A DNA stretch of 64,000 nt from positions 53,762-117,761 of the forward strand of contig CAXXNO010000001.1 in NCBI GenBank assembly GCA_963663235.2, given 5' to 3'. The notes under the pieces are model-generated. The model had not been told where the DNA came from and ran no database searches. It saw only the letters and a program-made list of their open reading frames with translations. Positions 36,480 through 46,123 of the stretch are shown here, in pieces. Numbering within the stretch: the first letter of the stretch is position 1; the number at the start of each line of letters is the position of its first letter. This DNA is from Dehalococcoidia bacterium. Its GTDB lineage: Bacteria; Chloroflexota; Dehalococcoidia; Bin125. The position numbers were made by a program, and so were the translations under genes.

Positions 36480-36676
36480 GGAATTCACTGCGCGTCCTGC
36501 GCGCGGAGCGCGATTGGTCCCAGAAGACGCTCGCCGAGAGCCTCGCGGTCTCCCGCCAGACCATCAACGCCATCGAGACCAGCAAGTACGACCCCAGCCT
36601 ACCGCTGGCGTTCAAGATCGCCGAACTGTTCGATCGCCCGATCGAGGAGATCTTCCGGCCGGACGGGACCGGGTAG
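36476..36676 (+). CDS. XRE-family HTH transcriptional regulator
   Basis: LRAERDWSQ..LA...VSRQTINAIE..KYDPSLPLAFKIA; GTGA overlap with the upstream gene. Confidence 0.93.
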   Translation: MRNSLRVLRAERDWSQKTLAESLAVSRQTINAIETSKYDPSLPLAFKIAELFDRPIEEIFRPDGTG

Positions 36677-36768
36677 CCTGCCACGTCGCCGCCATCGACC
36701 GGGCGGCGGAGCACGAGTAAAAGCGCCCGCCCTACCTCTCGCCGATCCTGCACGCAATAATGGCGGCG

Positions 36769-38037
36769 ATGCTCTCCATCCAGCTCATCCGCGAGCACCC
36801 CGACGAGGTCCGGCGCGCCCTCGCGCTCCGGCGAGCCGACGCTCCGCTGGACCAAACGCTCGCGCTGGACGAGCAGCGCCGCAAGATCCTCGTCGAAGTC
36901 GAGCAGTTGAAGGCGGAGCGCAACCGCGCTGGCAAGGCCATCGGCAAGGCCAAGGACAAGGCCGAGCGCGACACGCTCATCGGCGCCCAGCGCGCCGTGG
37001 CCGATCGCATCGACGCCCTCGACGCCCAGCTCCGCGACGTCGACGCCCGCCTCCACGACGCGCTCTCGGAGTTCCCCAACCTCGTCGACCCGTCGGTGCC
37101 GGAAGGCAGCGACCCCTCGGCCAACGTCGTGCTGCGGCAGGTCGGCGAGCCACCCCGCTTCGACTTCGAGCCGCTGCCGCACTGGGACCTGGGCGAGCGC
37201 TTGGGCATCATCGACGTCGAGCGCGCCGCCGCCATGGCCGGGACCCGCATGGCCCTGCTCAAGGGCGAGGGCGCCCGTCTTCAGCGCGCCCTCATCGACT
37301 ACTTCCTGCTGACGCACTCGGAGAACGGCTACACGGAGATCTACCTTCCCGCCATGGTCCGCGAGGAAACGATGTGGGCATCGGGGCAGCTGCCCAAGTT
37401 TCGCGACAACCTCTACCACGACGCCGACGAGGACTACTGGTTCATCCCCACCGCCGAGGTGCCGCTGACCAGCCTCCACCGCGACGAGATCCTGGACGAG
37501 GCGGACCTGCCCCTGCGCTACGCCGCCCACACTCCCTGCTTCCGCCGCGAGAAGGTGAGCGCCGGCCGCGACGTCCGCGGCCTCAAGCGCGTCCACCAGT
37601 TCGAGAAGGTGGAAATGTACCAGCTCACCACGCCGGACACCTCAGCCCAGGCGTTCGAGGAGATGATCGCGGCGGCGGAATCGCTGTTGCAGGGGCTGGA
37701 GCTGACCTATCGCGTCGTGCGGCTCTGCGCCGGCGACCTCGGATTCAGCGCCACCGTCACCTACGACCTGGAGGTCTGGTCCCCCGGCGTCGATGAGTGG
37801 GTGGAGGTCAGCAGCATCTCCAACTGCGCCGACTTCCAGGCCCGCCGCGCCAACATCCGCTACCGCCCCGTCGAGGGCAAAGCGCAACTCGTCCACACCC
37901 TCAACGGCAGCGGCCTCCCCACCGGCCGCGTCCTCGCCGCCATCCTGGAGACCTACCAGCAGCCCAACGGCGACGTCATCGTCCCGGACGTCCTCCAGCA
38001 CTGGATGGGGCACCTGGGGCGGATCAAGTCGCCCTAG
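36769..38037 (+). CDS. serS: Serine--tRNA ligase
   Basis: N-terminal coiled coil, IPTAEVP, CFRRE..RVHQFEKVE and HTLNGSGL motifs. Confidence 0.97.
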   Translation: MLSIQLIREHPDEVRRALALRRADAPLDQTLALDEQRRKILVEVEQLKAERNRAGKAIGKAKDKAERDTLIGAQRAVADRIDALDAQLRDVDARLHDALSEFPNLVDPSVPEGSDPSANVVLRQVGEPPRFDFEPLPHWDLGERLGIIDVERAAAMAGTRMALLKGEGARLQRALIDYFLLTHSENGYTEIYLPAMVREETMWASGQLPKFRDNLYHDADEDYWFIPTAEVPLTSLHRDEILDEADLPLRYAAHTPCFRREKVSAGRDVRGLKRVHQFEKVEMYQLTTPDTSAQAFEEMIAAAESLLQGLELTYRVVRLCAGDLGFSATVTYDLEVWSPGVDEWVEVSSISNCADFQARRANIRYRPVEGKAQLVHTLNGSGLPTGRVLAAILETYQQPNGDVIVPDVLQHWMGHLGRIKSP

Positions 38038-38138
38038 CCGACGCGCCACGCAACCACGACGCCAGACCGAAAGACCGGGTGCACTAGACCGTCGAATCGC
38101 GCAGACACCCTCGCCGCGTTGTGACCACGTGCACTCCC

Positions 38139-38309
38139 TTACTGGATCTTCCCCAACGACCCCGACCAGACGCCGCCCAAGCCGTCGCGCACCTCGAAGA
38201 ACGCCGACGTGTCCGTGCGCCCCATAAGTACCACGCTCCACTGCGGCTCCTTTTTCTTAGCGCCCTCGCCCGAGTCCGGGGCCTCGCCCTGATCGCGCTC
38301 TGCGTTCAT
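38139..38309 (-). CDS. Small hypothetical protein (56 aa; below the ORF-track cutoff)
   Basis: GGAGGG then ATG; MNAERDQGEAPDSGEGAKKKEPQWSVVLMGRTDTSAFFEVRDGLGGVWSGSLGKIQ; GC3-rich codons. Confidence 0.55.
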   Translation of the reverse strand: MNAERDQGEAPDSGEGAKKKEPQWSVVLMGRTDTSAFFEVRDGLGGVWSGSLGKIQ

Positions 38310-38525
38310 TCCGCCCTCCCAAACGCGTCGCTTACCGCCACACCTCCACCGCCACTCGATACCGGTGCGCCGCGCTCTCCTGCGTCCGTTCCGGCAAGTC
38401 CGCGTCGATGGTCACGCCGCGATGCTAGCAGCCGCCCGATCCACGGGTGCTACGCTTTCGCCGTCGTGCGTAGTGTGGCCACCCCGCCTCTGCCCTCGCT
38501 GCCCCGGACCTCCGAAGGCTAGCGC

Positions 38526-39164
38526 GTGCTGTTTCGACGCCTGTTCCGGCGCGGACCGTCCGGGCCCCACCGCGTCACCACCCAACTGGTCGAGGCGCTC
38601 ACCGCCGCCGGCCTGCGCGCCGAGCCCGCCGACGCCGACGCGCCCGAGCACGCGGCCGGCCGCCCGCCCGGCGCCCGCTCCCGCGGCCTCATCCGCATCG
38701 CCAACGGTCCGCCCGACTTCCTCAACGTCACCGGCGTCGACGCCGGACCGGGCGATCTGCCCACCGGCGGCGCGACCGGCTTCCACTGCCTCATGCGCAA
38801 CGATCGTCTGAGCGGTCCCTGGCGGGCGGCCCGCCTGGAAGCGAAGCGGGAGTTCGCCGCCAGCGACGTCGGCGCCGCCCGGCGTTTCCGCTGGACCCCC
38901 AGCGATGACGCTCCCCCCTCCCGGGCCGCCGCCGAGGCGCTCCACGGCACGGGCACGATAAATGATCGTGTCATGCGTCTGCTGCGGGAGCCCGGCACGC
39001 TTGCGCTGGAGATCGCGCCGGAGGAGGAGGTGGGCGCGCTGCGCCTCTCCCTCTTCCTCGGCAGTGAGCAGTCGCTGGAGCCGGACGAGATCGCGCTCCT
39101 CCGCGACCTCTGCCGGTCGATCGTCGGGCAGGGCGCGGCCTCGACGCCCGAGCAAGAGACGTAG
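38526..39164 (+). CDS. Hypothetical protein
   Basis: 212-aa ORF with host-like codon usage; no motif recognised. Confidence 0.65.
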   Translation: MLFRRLFRRGPSGPHRVTTQLVEALTAAGLRAEPADADAPEHAAGRPPGARSRGLIRIANGPPDFLNVTGVDAGPGDLPTGGATGFHCLMRNDRLSGPWRAARLEAKREFAASDVGAARRFRWTPSDDAPPSRAAAEALHGTGTINDRVMRLLREPGTLALEIAPEEEVGALRLSLFLGSEQSLEPDEIALLRDLCRSIVGQGAASTPEQET

Positions 39165-39233
39165 CCGAGTCGACGGCGGCGAGTCATCGGGAGCGGGACG
39201 CATACGGGCTATGAACAAGGTGAAAACCAGATC

Positions 39234-39257
39234 CCGTGGCTGTCACCGTGGCTGTCA
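39234..39257 (+). repeat. Tandem 12-bp repeat, integrase arm-site-like
   Basis: CCGTGGCTGTCA x2, perfect. Confidence 0.7.
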
Positions 39258-39277
39258 TTTGGCCCGATCGCGCGGCC

Positions 39278-39358
39278 CGACGTCACCCGGACTGCTGAAA
39301 TCCCGGTACGTTCGCCCGAGGAGGGGTGGCAGAGTGGATGAATGCGGCAGTCTTGAAA
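39278..39358 (+). repeat. Duplicated upstream region plus 5' half of tRNA-Ser (att-like)
   Basis: 77/81 identical to 40396-40476; homology stops at the end of the anticodon loop CTTGAAA. Confidence 0.92.
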
Positions 39359-39460
39359 TCTAAACCGCGGCGTTCAGGCAAGTCTGCCAAGGTCCGCCGC
39401 CAGTTAGAGTCGGCGTTCGTCAGTCCGACTTCGTCTGCCGTCGTCGCTGTCCGTTCATCG

Positions 39461-39484
39461 GCGTTGCTGTCAAAACCGCTGTCA
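39461..39484 (+). repeat. Second GCTGTCA pair with 12-bp period, arm-site-like
   Basis: GCGTTGCTGTCA-AAACCGCTGTCA. Confidence 0.65.
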
Positions 39485-39872
39485 GCCATCGGACACGAAG
39501 GGTGATGCGTTCACTCCTTCTAGTTGTTCGTTGAGCCCGTCACCCACTAGAGGTCGCGCGGGCCTGCCGGTGGCGTTAGCGCGCACGTGGGACGGCATCC
39601 TTCGCACGTCGCGCTTGACGATGACAACCGTCGCCGCAAAGGGAAATACGTTGTGGCCGCCCAAGGGTGAAGCGCCGCACGGTCTTGGTAGCCCGACCTG
39701 GTGATTCTGTTCTCTGACCGCTCGTCGCTGAGCGGCGCGATTACAACCTGGTCCTCAAAGGGGGCTAGCGACCGCGGCCCCGGCCGGCCCGCCTTTCCCG
39801 CGGGGATGGCGAGTGTTAGCTTTCCCTCTCCCATGAGTTCCGACGATCTAGGGTGCAGAGGAAGGATAAACA

Positions 39873-40340
39873 ATGGCTACGGTCGAGCAGCGGCTTCAAC
39901 GGTTGGAGGACATCGAGGAGATCCGCACGCTCAAGCAGAAGTACGCGAAGCTGTGTGACCAGAGCTACGAACCGGTCGGTATCTCCAACCTGTTTACCGA
40001 GAACGCGCACTTCGACTCCGACGTGCAGGACGTCCACCTCAAAGGGAAGAAGGAGATCCACGACTTCTTCAAAGATGTCTCCTCAAGCTTCACGTTCGCG
40101 TTGCACTACACGCTGGGGCACATCGTCGACGTGAACGACAACGGCGTCGACGCGAAGGCCACCTGGTACATCTGGATGCCGGCGACGGTGAACAGCTCCG
40201 CCACCCTCTTCGCGGCCACCTACGAGGACACCTACAAGAAGGTCAGCGGCACGTGGCTGTGCGACACCGTGCGCATCCACCTGGGCTTCTTCACCCGCTA
40301 CGAGAACGGCTGGGTCAAGGAGCGCGTGGCGGAGCTCTAG
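39873..40340 (+). CDS. SnoaL/NTF2-like protein (LinA/BaiE-like)
   Basis: RLQRLEDIEEI..LK.KY...CD, LFTENA, HY, YEDTY.KV.GTW pattern. Confidence 0.88.
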   Translation: MATVEQRLQRLEDIEEIRTLKQKYAKLCDQSYEPVGISNLFTENAHFDSDVQDVHLKGKKEIHDFFKDVSSSFTFALHYTLGHIVDVNDNGVDAKATWYIWMPATVNSSATLFAATYEDTYKKVSGTWLCDTVRIHLGFFTRYENGWVKERVAEL

Positions 40341-40437
40341 TCACCCGCTTCTGGGGACGCGCGGCCTCCGAGGCAGTGCTGTGGCTCGTGCGGGACGACG
40401 TCACCTGGGCTGCTGAAATCCCGGTACATTCGCCCGA

Positions 40438-40527
40438 GGAGGGGTGGCAGAGTGGATGAATGCGGCGGTCTTGAAAACCGCTAGGTCCGCAAGGGCCTCG
40501 TGGGTTCGAATCCCACCCCCTCCGCCA
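40438..40527 (+). tRNA. tRNA-Ser (TGA)
   Basis: GGAGGGG/CCCCTCC acceptor stem, GCGGT-CTTGAAA-ACCGC anticodon arm, long variable arm, TTCGAAT, G73 and CCA. Confidence 0.97.
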
Positions 40528-40730
40528 GATCGCCCTGGCTCTGTCAGATCTCAGACCACGAAAGGAATCTCGCGCGAGGCTGTGAGGCACGAATCATCCA
40601 TCGGTTCCGTTTTTCGGCGTGATCGACTGGCGGAGTGCGCCTCATCAGCACCCGAAACTAGAATAGCTGTAGTTTTGGCGCCCCACAGGCTCAAATCCAG
40701 CGTTGATTGCGCAACGAAGGAAGCGGAGCG

Positions 40731-42155
40731 ATGACGACCAACAGGGAGACCCGCACCGTAGCGGCGATCGCGGCCGGGCTGGCGTCCGGCGAATATTCAA
40801 GCCGGGAGATCACGCAGGTCTTGTTGGATCACATTGAGCGGACGGACGGCACGATCAGGGCCTTCAATCGGCTCACGCCGGAACGCGCACTGCGCGCGGC
40901 CGACAGCGCGGATGAGCGCCGGCGCGCCGGCCGTCCGCTTGGCCCACTGGATGGGGTGCCGTATGTAGCCAAGGACCTGGTCGAGACCGCCGGGATCGAG
41001 ACGACCTCGTCGTCGAGGGTACTCCAGGGGCACATCCCCGACCGAAGCGCCTCGACGGTGGAGCGGCTCGACGCCGCGGGCGCGGTCCTCATCGGGAAGA
41101 CGAACACACACGAGTTCGCGTACGGGGTGCAGACGCCGCCCACGCGCAATCCCTGGGACAGGGAGACGGCGCGGGTGCCTGGGGGGTCAAGCGGCGGGAC
41201 CGCTGCGGCCGTGGCCGCAGGCCAGGTGCCGGTGGGCCTGGGCACGGACACCGGCGGGTCGATCCGCATCCCGGCCTGTTTGAATGGGATCACGGGACTG
41301 AAGGCGACCTTCGGCCGCATCCCCAAAGATGGCGTGCACGTCGCGTCGTATTCAATGGACCACATCGGGCCGTTGTGTTGGACGGCAGAGGACGCCGCCC
41401 TCGCGCTGAACGTGCTCGCTGGGTACGACCGGCGCGATCCGAACTCGTCCAGGCGGCCCACAGAGGACTACGCCGCGGCTCTCGATGGGGGCGCCAAGGG
41501 ACTGCGCGTCGCTGTGCCGCGCAACTACTTCGTCAGCCACTTCCCGGGCGTGGCCACCGTCTTCCAGACCGCCGTCGCGCAGCTGAAGGCGCTGGGCGCC
41601 GACGTGTTCCCGGTGACCGTGCCCGAGCGCATCGAGGCGATTGGGCCCGCAGGCTTCGCCCTCTCGCTGTCGGAGTCCGCAGCGTGGCACGCTGGGCGGT
41701 TGCGTCGTCAGGGGCCGGATTACCAAGCCGACGTGCTGGGCTTCCTGAAGATGGGCGAGGGCATCCTGGCGACGGACTATATCAACGCGCGGCGCTTCCG
41801 GTCGCGCTTTAACGCGGAGATGCGCCAATTTTGGCAGGAGGAGCGGATCGACGTCATGGTCACGCTGACCCTGCCGGTCACGGCGGCCCGCCACGGCCAG
41901 ATGGAGTACGAGGCGCCCGACGGCTTCGAGGAGAGCCTGATGTCGGCCTCCATCCGCTGCACGTTCCCCTTCAACCTCACGGGACAGCCGGCCCTCACCG
42001 TGCCTTGTGGTTTTGACGAGCAGGGACTCCCAGTGGGGCTGCAGATCATTGCGCGGCCGTGGGCCGACGCCCTTACGCTGCGGGTGGGGCACGCCTACCA
42101 GCAGGCGACCGACTGGCACACAAGGCGTCCGGCGCTTGCAGCGACCGGCGCCTGA
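40731..42155 (+). CDS. Amidase signature family enzyme (GatA-like)
   Basis: [31 protein letters not shown] and GLPVGLQ motifs; no gatB/gatC adjacent. Confidence 0.93.
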   Translation: MTTNRETRTVAAIAAGLASGEYSSREITQVLLDHIERTDGTIRAFNRLTPERALRAADSADERRRAGRPLGPLDGVPYVAKDLVETAGIETTSSSRVLQGHIPDRSASTVERLDAAGAVLIGKTNTHEFAYGVQTPPTRNPWDRETARVPGGSSGGTAAAVAAGQVPVGLGTDTGGSIRIPACLNGITGLKATFGRIPKDGVHVASYSMDHIGPLCWTAEDAALALNVLAGYDRRDPNSSRRPTEDYAAALDGGAKGLRVAVPRNYFVSHFPGVATVFQTAVAQLKALGADVFPVTVPERIEAIGPAGFALSLSESAAWHAGRLRRQGPDYQADVLGFLKMGEGILATDYINARRFRSRFNAEMRQFWQEERIDVMVTLTLPVTAARHGQMEYEAPDGFEESLMSASIRCTFPFNLTGQPALTVPCGFDEQGLPVGLQIIARPWADALTLRVGHAYQQATDWHTRRPALAATGA

Positions 42156-42240
42156 AGGGCTACCCCGCGTGGCCAGCGCCTGTTGTTGCTGTAGTTGGCG
42201 TCTCACATCGCAAGTGCACACGATCCGTCGGCCGTATGCG
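42084..42240 (+). repeat. Repeat copy A (amidase 3' end plus 3' hairpin element)
   Basis: Coding part is ~62/72 identical to 55862-55933; weaker homology continues ~85 bp past the stop. Confidence 0.85.
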
Positions 42241-42324
42241 GTGATATAAGTGCAGCGAGATAGTGGGCGCGCGGCCTGCCGGCGCCGAAACGCGAGGCCA
42301 GGGCACCGGGGATAGGCTGTTGGC

Positions 42325-43014
42325 ATGTGCGGCCGATTCACGCTGACCCGACGAAACCGCGAGGAGCTGGCGCGCGAGCTGGGCCTGCAGGCGGACGCCT
42401 TCAGCGAGGAGTACCGCCCCCGCTACAACGTCGCCCCCATGCAGCGGCACTGGATCGTGCGGATGGAGCGGGAAGATCGAGAACTCCTGCCGGCGCGCTG
42501 GGGACTCGTGAATACGTGGGCCAAGGACAACAAGCGCGCGGCGCAGCAGATCAACGCCCGCGCCGAGACGGTCGCCATCCGCCCGGCGTATCGGGCGGCC
42601 TTCAAGGGGCGCCGCTGCCTCGTCCCGGCCGATGGCTTCTACGAGTGGACGGGGCCCAAGGACAAGCGCCGCCCGCTCTGGTTCCACCGGTCGGACGGCG
42701 AGCTCCTCCTCTTCGCCGGACTGTATGAGGCGTGGTTCCCGGAACCGGATCAACCGGAGCTCACGTTCACCATCATCACGACGGACGCGAACCCCTTCAT
42801 GGCGCCGGTGCACAAGCGCATGCCGGTGATCGTGCCGGATGAGGCGGCGGACGTTTGGCTGCTGCCTGAGGCGAGGGACGCGGAGCGCCTCCAGGAACTC
42901 CTTGTCCCGCCGCCCGACGACCTCCTCTTGGCCACACCGGTCTCGCCGCGCGTGAACGCCGTGAAGAACGATGACGCGAGCTTACTCGAGGAGGCGGAAG
43001 AGCCCGCTTCCTAG
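42325..43014 (+). CDS. SOS response-associated peptidase (SRAP/HMCES abasic-site protein)
   Basis: MCGRF N-terminus, RYNVAP, INARAET, GFYEW and HKRMPV motifs. Confidence 0.95.
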   Translation: MCGRFTLTRRNREELARELGLQADAFSEEYRPRYNVAPMQRHWIVRMEREDRELLPARWGLVNTWAKDNKRAAQQINARAETVAIRPAYRAAFKGRRCLVPADGFYEWTGPKDKRRPLWFHRSDGELLLFAGLYEAWFPEPDQPELTFTIITTDANPFMAPVHKRMPVIVPDEAADVWLLPEARDAERLQELLVPPPDDLLLATPVSPRVNAVKNDDASLLEEAEEPAS

Positions 43015-43366
43015 CGATGCATCAGTGCTGAGACGGCACGCAGCATGGGTTTGCATCGGGAATTCGACCGATTACTGCGTGCGGCGATCGTTCCCCCATC
43101 ACCATCGGATCATAGTGTCCGGCGGTTCCCAGAGGCCAAAGTAAATGGGGCGAATCATCGACCACTCGTTGCGGCGCACTCTTGCACGCACTCGTCGGCG
43201 ATGCCGGCAAAGGCACGACGCGCGCCAGTCGCCGCGTCCGAGGTGATTTCTGGAGAACGCATGGAGCGTTCATGATCGACTCTCGGGGCGGAGCCGCCGG
43301 CTCGTTTTCGCGCGTGCCCACACGTTTGGATTCTCAGGCCGCGTTCACGGTACAGCGAAAGGACTC

Positions 43367-44920
43367 CTACGCAGCGCTCCCCTTGTCGCCGCGCCGCACT
43401 GAGCGACCGACCGCGGTGAGGAACATCACGGCCTTGCCGTCTGCGTGCGGTCCAAAGAACGCCGTGACGTCATCGTCGAAGAAGGTCAGCCCGGTAGCCC
43501 CCAGCCGCTGGGCATAAGCGCCCAGGTAGATCCTGCCGCCCAGGATTCCGCCCTCCATCTGCGCGGCGCGGTATCCGCGATTCCCGAAGCGGTCCAGCAC
43601 GGCGGGGAGGTCGCAGAGCATGTACATGTTCACACTCGCATCGGCGGCGAGCTCTTGGCCGAGGTCGAGCTCCCCCGCCTGCGCGCGGAAATCGCCCTCG
43701 CGAAGCAATTCCAGCGCCCGAAACTCTGGGTGATAGACGTAGCTGCCGGACGCGAGACCGTCTACCGCGTGAACGATGAGGTAGATGTCATTCAGTAGAC
43801 CGCCGCCTGCTCGCAGAAAGTCCGCCGGAATCACGCCGGTCGCGCAGTCCAACATGGTAGCGAGCTGAGCGAGCGAGATCGGGAGCCGTGCGAACTGGCG
43901 TGTCGATCCTCGCCGGGCGATCACCGCCTCGATCGGATCCGCGGGGCGCTCCGAGCCATCGAGCGAGGCCAACCGGATGAGCGGTCCGGCCGATGGCGCG
44001 CGTGGTCGAGGTGCCGCACCGTCCCTCCACGCTCGCACTTGCGCCCCCGTCTCCAACGAGGACGCCACGTGCATCTCGCGGATGAGTGGGTAGTCCACTT
44101 CCGAGGGCGAGAGGGGCTCCGTCTCATATCTCAACGCCGCCGGCTCTCCATGCGGAGATGGGATTGAGGATCCGTCCCGCCCCAGGGCGAACAGCGCCAC
44201 GGCGGCTTCCCGATCGCTATCGATGTCCAGGAGTCGGTTCAGCGCCTGATCCGCGAAACCGAGGAGAATTCGCGCCGAAAGACCGTACGTCGACGCACAC
44301 GCGAGCGCGTTCGCGAGCATGGCGCCACTGTCCCAGAACGCGTGGCGGTAGGCACGGGCCTGGTACTTCCAGCTATTCCGCCAGAACGTGCTGGTGAGCG
44401 CGAGCACAACCGGCGCGGCCGCCACGGCGGGCTCACCGCCGGTCGCCTCGACAAGAGCTCCTCGCCAATCCCCCGCCCGAAGCCGCCGAAGCGCAGGGTC
44501 GTATGGGGCGAAGTGGTACAGCCCGGCCGGCAGGCCTGCAAGGCTGCCGCAGGCGAGGTAGACCTCCACGTGATAGAGCGCCCCCGTGCACGCTGCGGCA
44601 CGCAGGGCGATCTCGCCGCCGGCGGAGCGCTTGATCTTCGTGATCCCCGCCGTGAAATGGAGGAGCGCCGCGAGAGTGGAGAAGTCGAGTCTTTGCACGC
44701 TCTCCGCGTCGGGCTCGCGGCCGGCAAGGGCGTCGAGCGCAGGCACGCTCGACGGTTCTATCTGGCGCGGCAGTGAGATAGGCTCAAGCGAGCGATACGT
44801 TTTGAACGGCTGCGGCTGATTGGTCCAATCGAGCGCGTGCTGGCTTCCGGTCACACTGGCATACGAGTGTTTTGTGCCGTCGTGGTAGCGTTTCGCCGCC
44901 TGAACGTCCGAGTTCGCCAT
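43367..44920 (-). CDS. SagB/ThcOx-type double nitroreductase-domain protein
   Basis: YHDGTKHS, LDWTNQP, RAAACTGALY, WKYQARAYR, RRGSTR and GATGLTFFDD motifs. Confidence 0.9.
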   Translation of the reverse strand: MANSDVQAAKRYHDGTKHSYASVTGSQHALDWTNQPQPFKTYRSLEPISLPRQIEPSSVPALDALAGREPDAESVQRLDFSTLAALLHFTAGITKIKRSAGGEIALRAAACTGALYHVEVYLACGSLAGLPAGLYHFAPYDPALRRLRAGDWRGALVEATGGEPAVAAAPVVLALTSTFWRNSWKYQARAYRHAFWDSGAMLANALACASTYGLSARILLGFADQALNRLLDIDSDREAAVALFALGRDGSSIPSPHGEPAALRYETEPLSPSEVDYPLIREMHVASSLETGAQVRAWRDGAAPRPRAPSAGPLIRLASLDGSERPADPIEAVIARRGSTRQFARLPISLAQLATMLDCATGVIPADFLRAGGGLLNDIYLIVHAVDGLASGSYVYHPEFRALELLREGDFRAQAGELDLGQELAADASVNMYMLCDLPAVLDRFGNRGYRAAQMEGGILGGRIYLGAYAQRLGATGLTFFDDDVTAFFGPHADGKAVMFLTAVGRSVRRGDKGSAA

Positions 44921-45291
44921 GCTGCCCATCTTAATAGGCAAGATTGTGCGGGCCCAAACAGTTTGGCCGGCGCCGATGGTCCCTCCGCCTCCTTGATCCG
45001 TGCTCTGAGCGGAGCGCAGATCTCCCCTCGACGAGCTCCCACCGTCTGACGAACCTGTTTTCGCAGAGGGCCCGCATGTCGCTGGAGCTCGCCGCCGATC
45101 AGTCGCTGGAACCGATGCTGCCCATCGAACTCGTGGCCACACAGCCGGGCGAATACCGGTTCCTTGTGCTCATCGACGGCGAACGGGCGTATCACGCCCT
45201 GCTCCGGGTCGTCGAGCAGACTTAGCCGCCGCCAACTCTCCTGCGGCAGGGGCGCTCCAACGAGAACGTCGGGCGAGGTGACGCGAGCCCG

Positions 45292-45717
45292 TTACCGATT
45301 CGCGTACAGACCTGCGGCCTTCGCCTCGTCTGTCTTCCAGAAGGCGTCGGCGATCTGCTCAATCAGGGTCACGAGCTCGCGCGCCTGGGCGGCGTCCGTC
45401 GTCTTCTTTGCTTCCCCTGCGGCTTTCCCGGCACGCCAGAACAGATCGTGCAGCTCGGGGATCAGTTCCAGGTGGTGCGGCTTGAAGAAGTCGGTCCACA
45501 GCACCGAGAGGTGATGTTTCACCAGCTCGGCCCGCTCTTCCTTGATGGCCACACATCGCTCGCGAAACACAGGGTCCTCAGAAGCCGCGTATTTCTCACA
45601 GGCTTTGAGGACCGATTGCGCTTCAATACGCGCCTGGGCCGGATCGTAGACCCCGCACGGGAGGTCGCAATGCGCGTGCGCCACCTGAGTAGGCCTGAAG
45701 AGACTAAACCATTGCAT
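45292..45717 (-). CDS. sodN: Nickel superoxide dismutase precursor
   Basis: Leader ending AHA followed by the Ni-hook HCDLPCGVYDPA; KHHLSVLWTDFFK. Confidence 0.96.
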   Translation of the reverse strand: MQWFSLFRPTQVAHAHCDLPCGVYDPAQARIEAQSVLKACEKYAASEDPVFRERCVAIKEERAELVKHHLSVLWTDFFKPHHLELIPELHDLFWRAGKAAGEAKKTTDAAQARELVTLIEQIADAFWKTDEAKAAGLYANR

Positions 45718-46123
45718 GTGATCCTCCGAACTTGCATCGCCACTGAGCAGTAGAAATGGCCCTTGCCCTCTTCCGCGCGATAGAGCCGCCGGACCGTCGA
45801 TACACACCATCCGCGCCTGGACCGCGTCACGCCAGCCCCCGCAGGCTAGTGAGCCGACCTGTACCTCGTCAAGATTGAGGCCGCGCGGGCGCTCGCGTAT
45901 GAATCGACGGTGCCCCAGGCTTTCCACGACGCTGAGGCTGGCCGTGGATTCCCGCGCGGAGTGCACTGGACCCGTTAGCGGACGCGCCACGATGATGGTG
46001 CGCTGCTAGATTGGCCGCTCGGCGGCAGCGCAGGACCGAGTCGAGCGTCCTGACACATCGCTCGCGTGGATCGGGCCCGGTGCGTCGAGGGCCTCGGTGC
46101 AAGCACGACGAGGAGATCGCCCA

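Noticed and set aside
40731-42155. Calling the amidase gatA
   Set aside because: No gatB/gatC adjacent and only generic amidase-signature motifs were recognised.
43015-43366. Short ORFs and possible ncRNA in the lower-GC spacer after SRAP (also 44944-45225)
   Set aside because: No RBS, motif or convincing structure recognised; at most gene debris.
43367-44920. Azole-RiPP cluster suggested by the SagB-like protein
   Set aside because: No YcaO, precursor peptide or transporter nearby; this double-domain type is commonly stand-alone.
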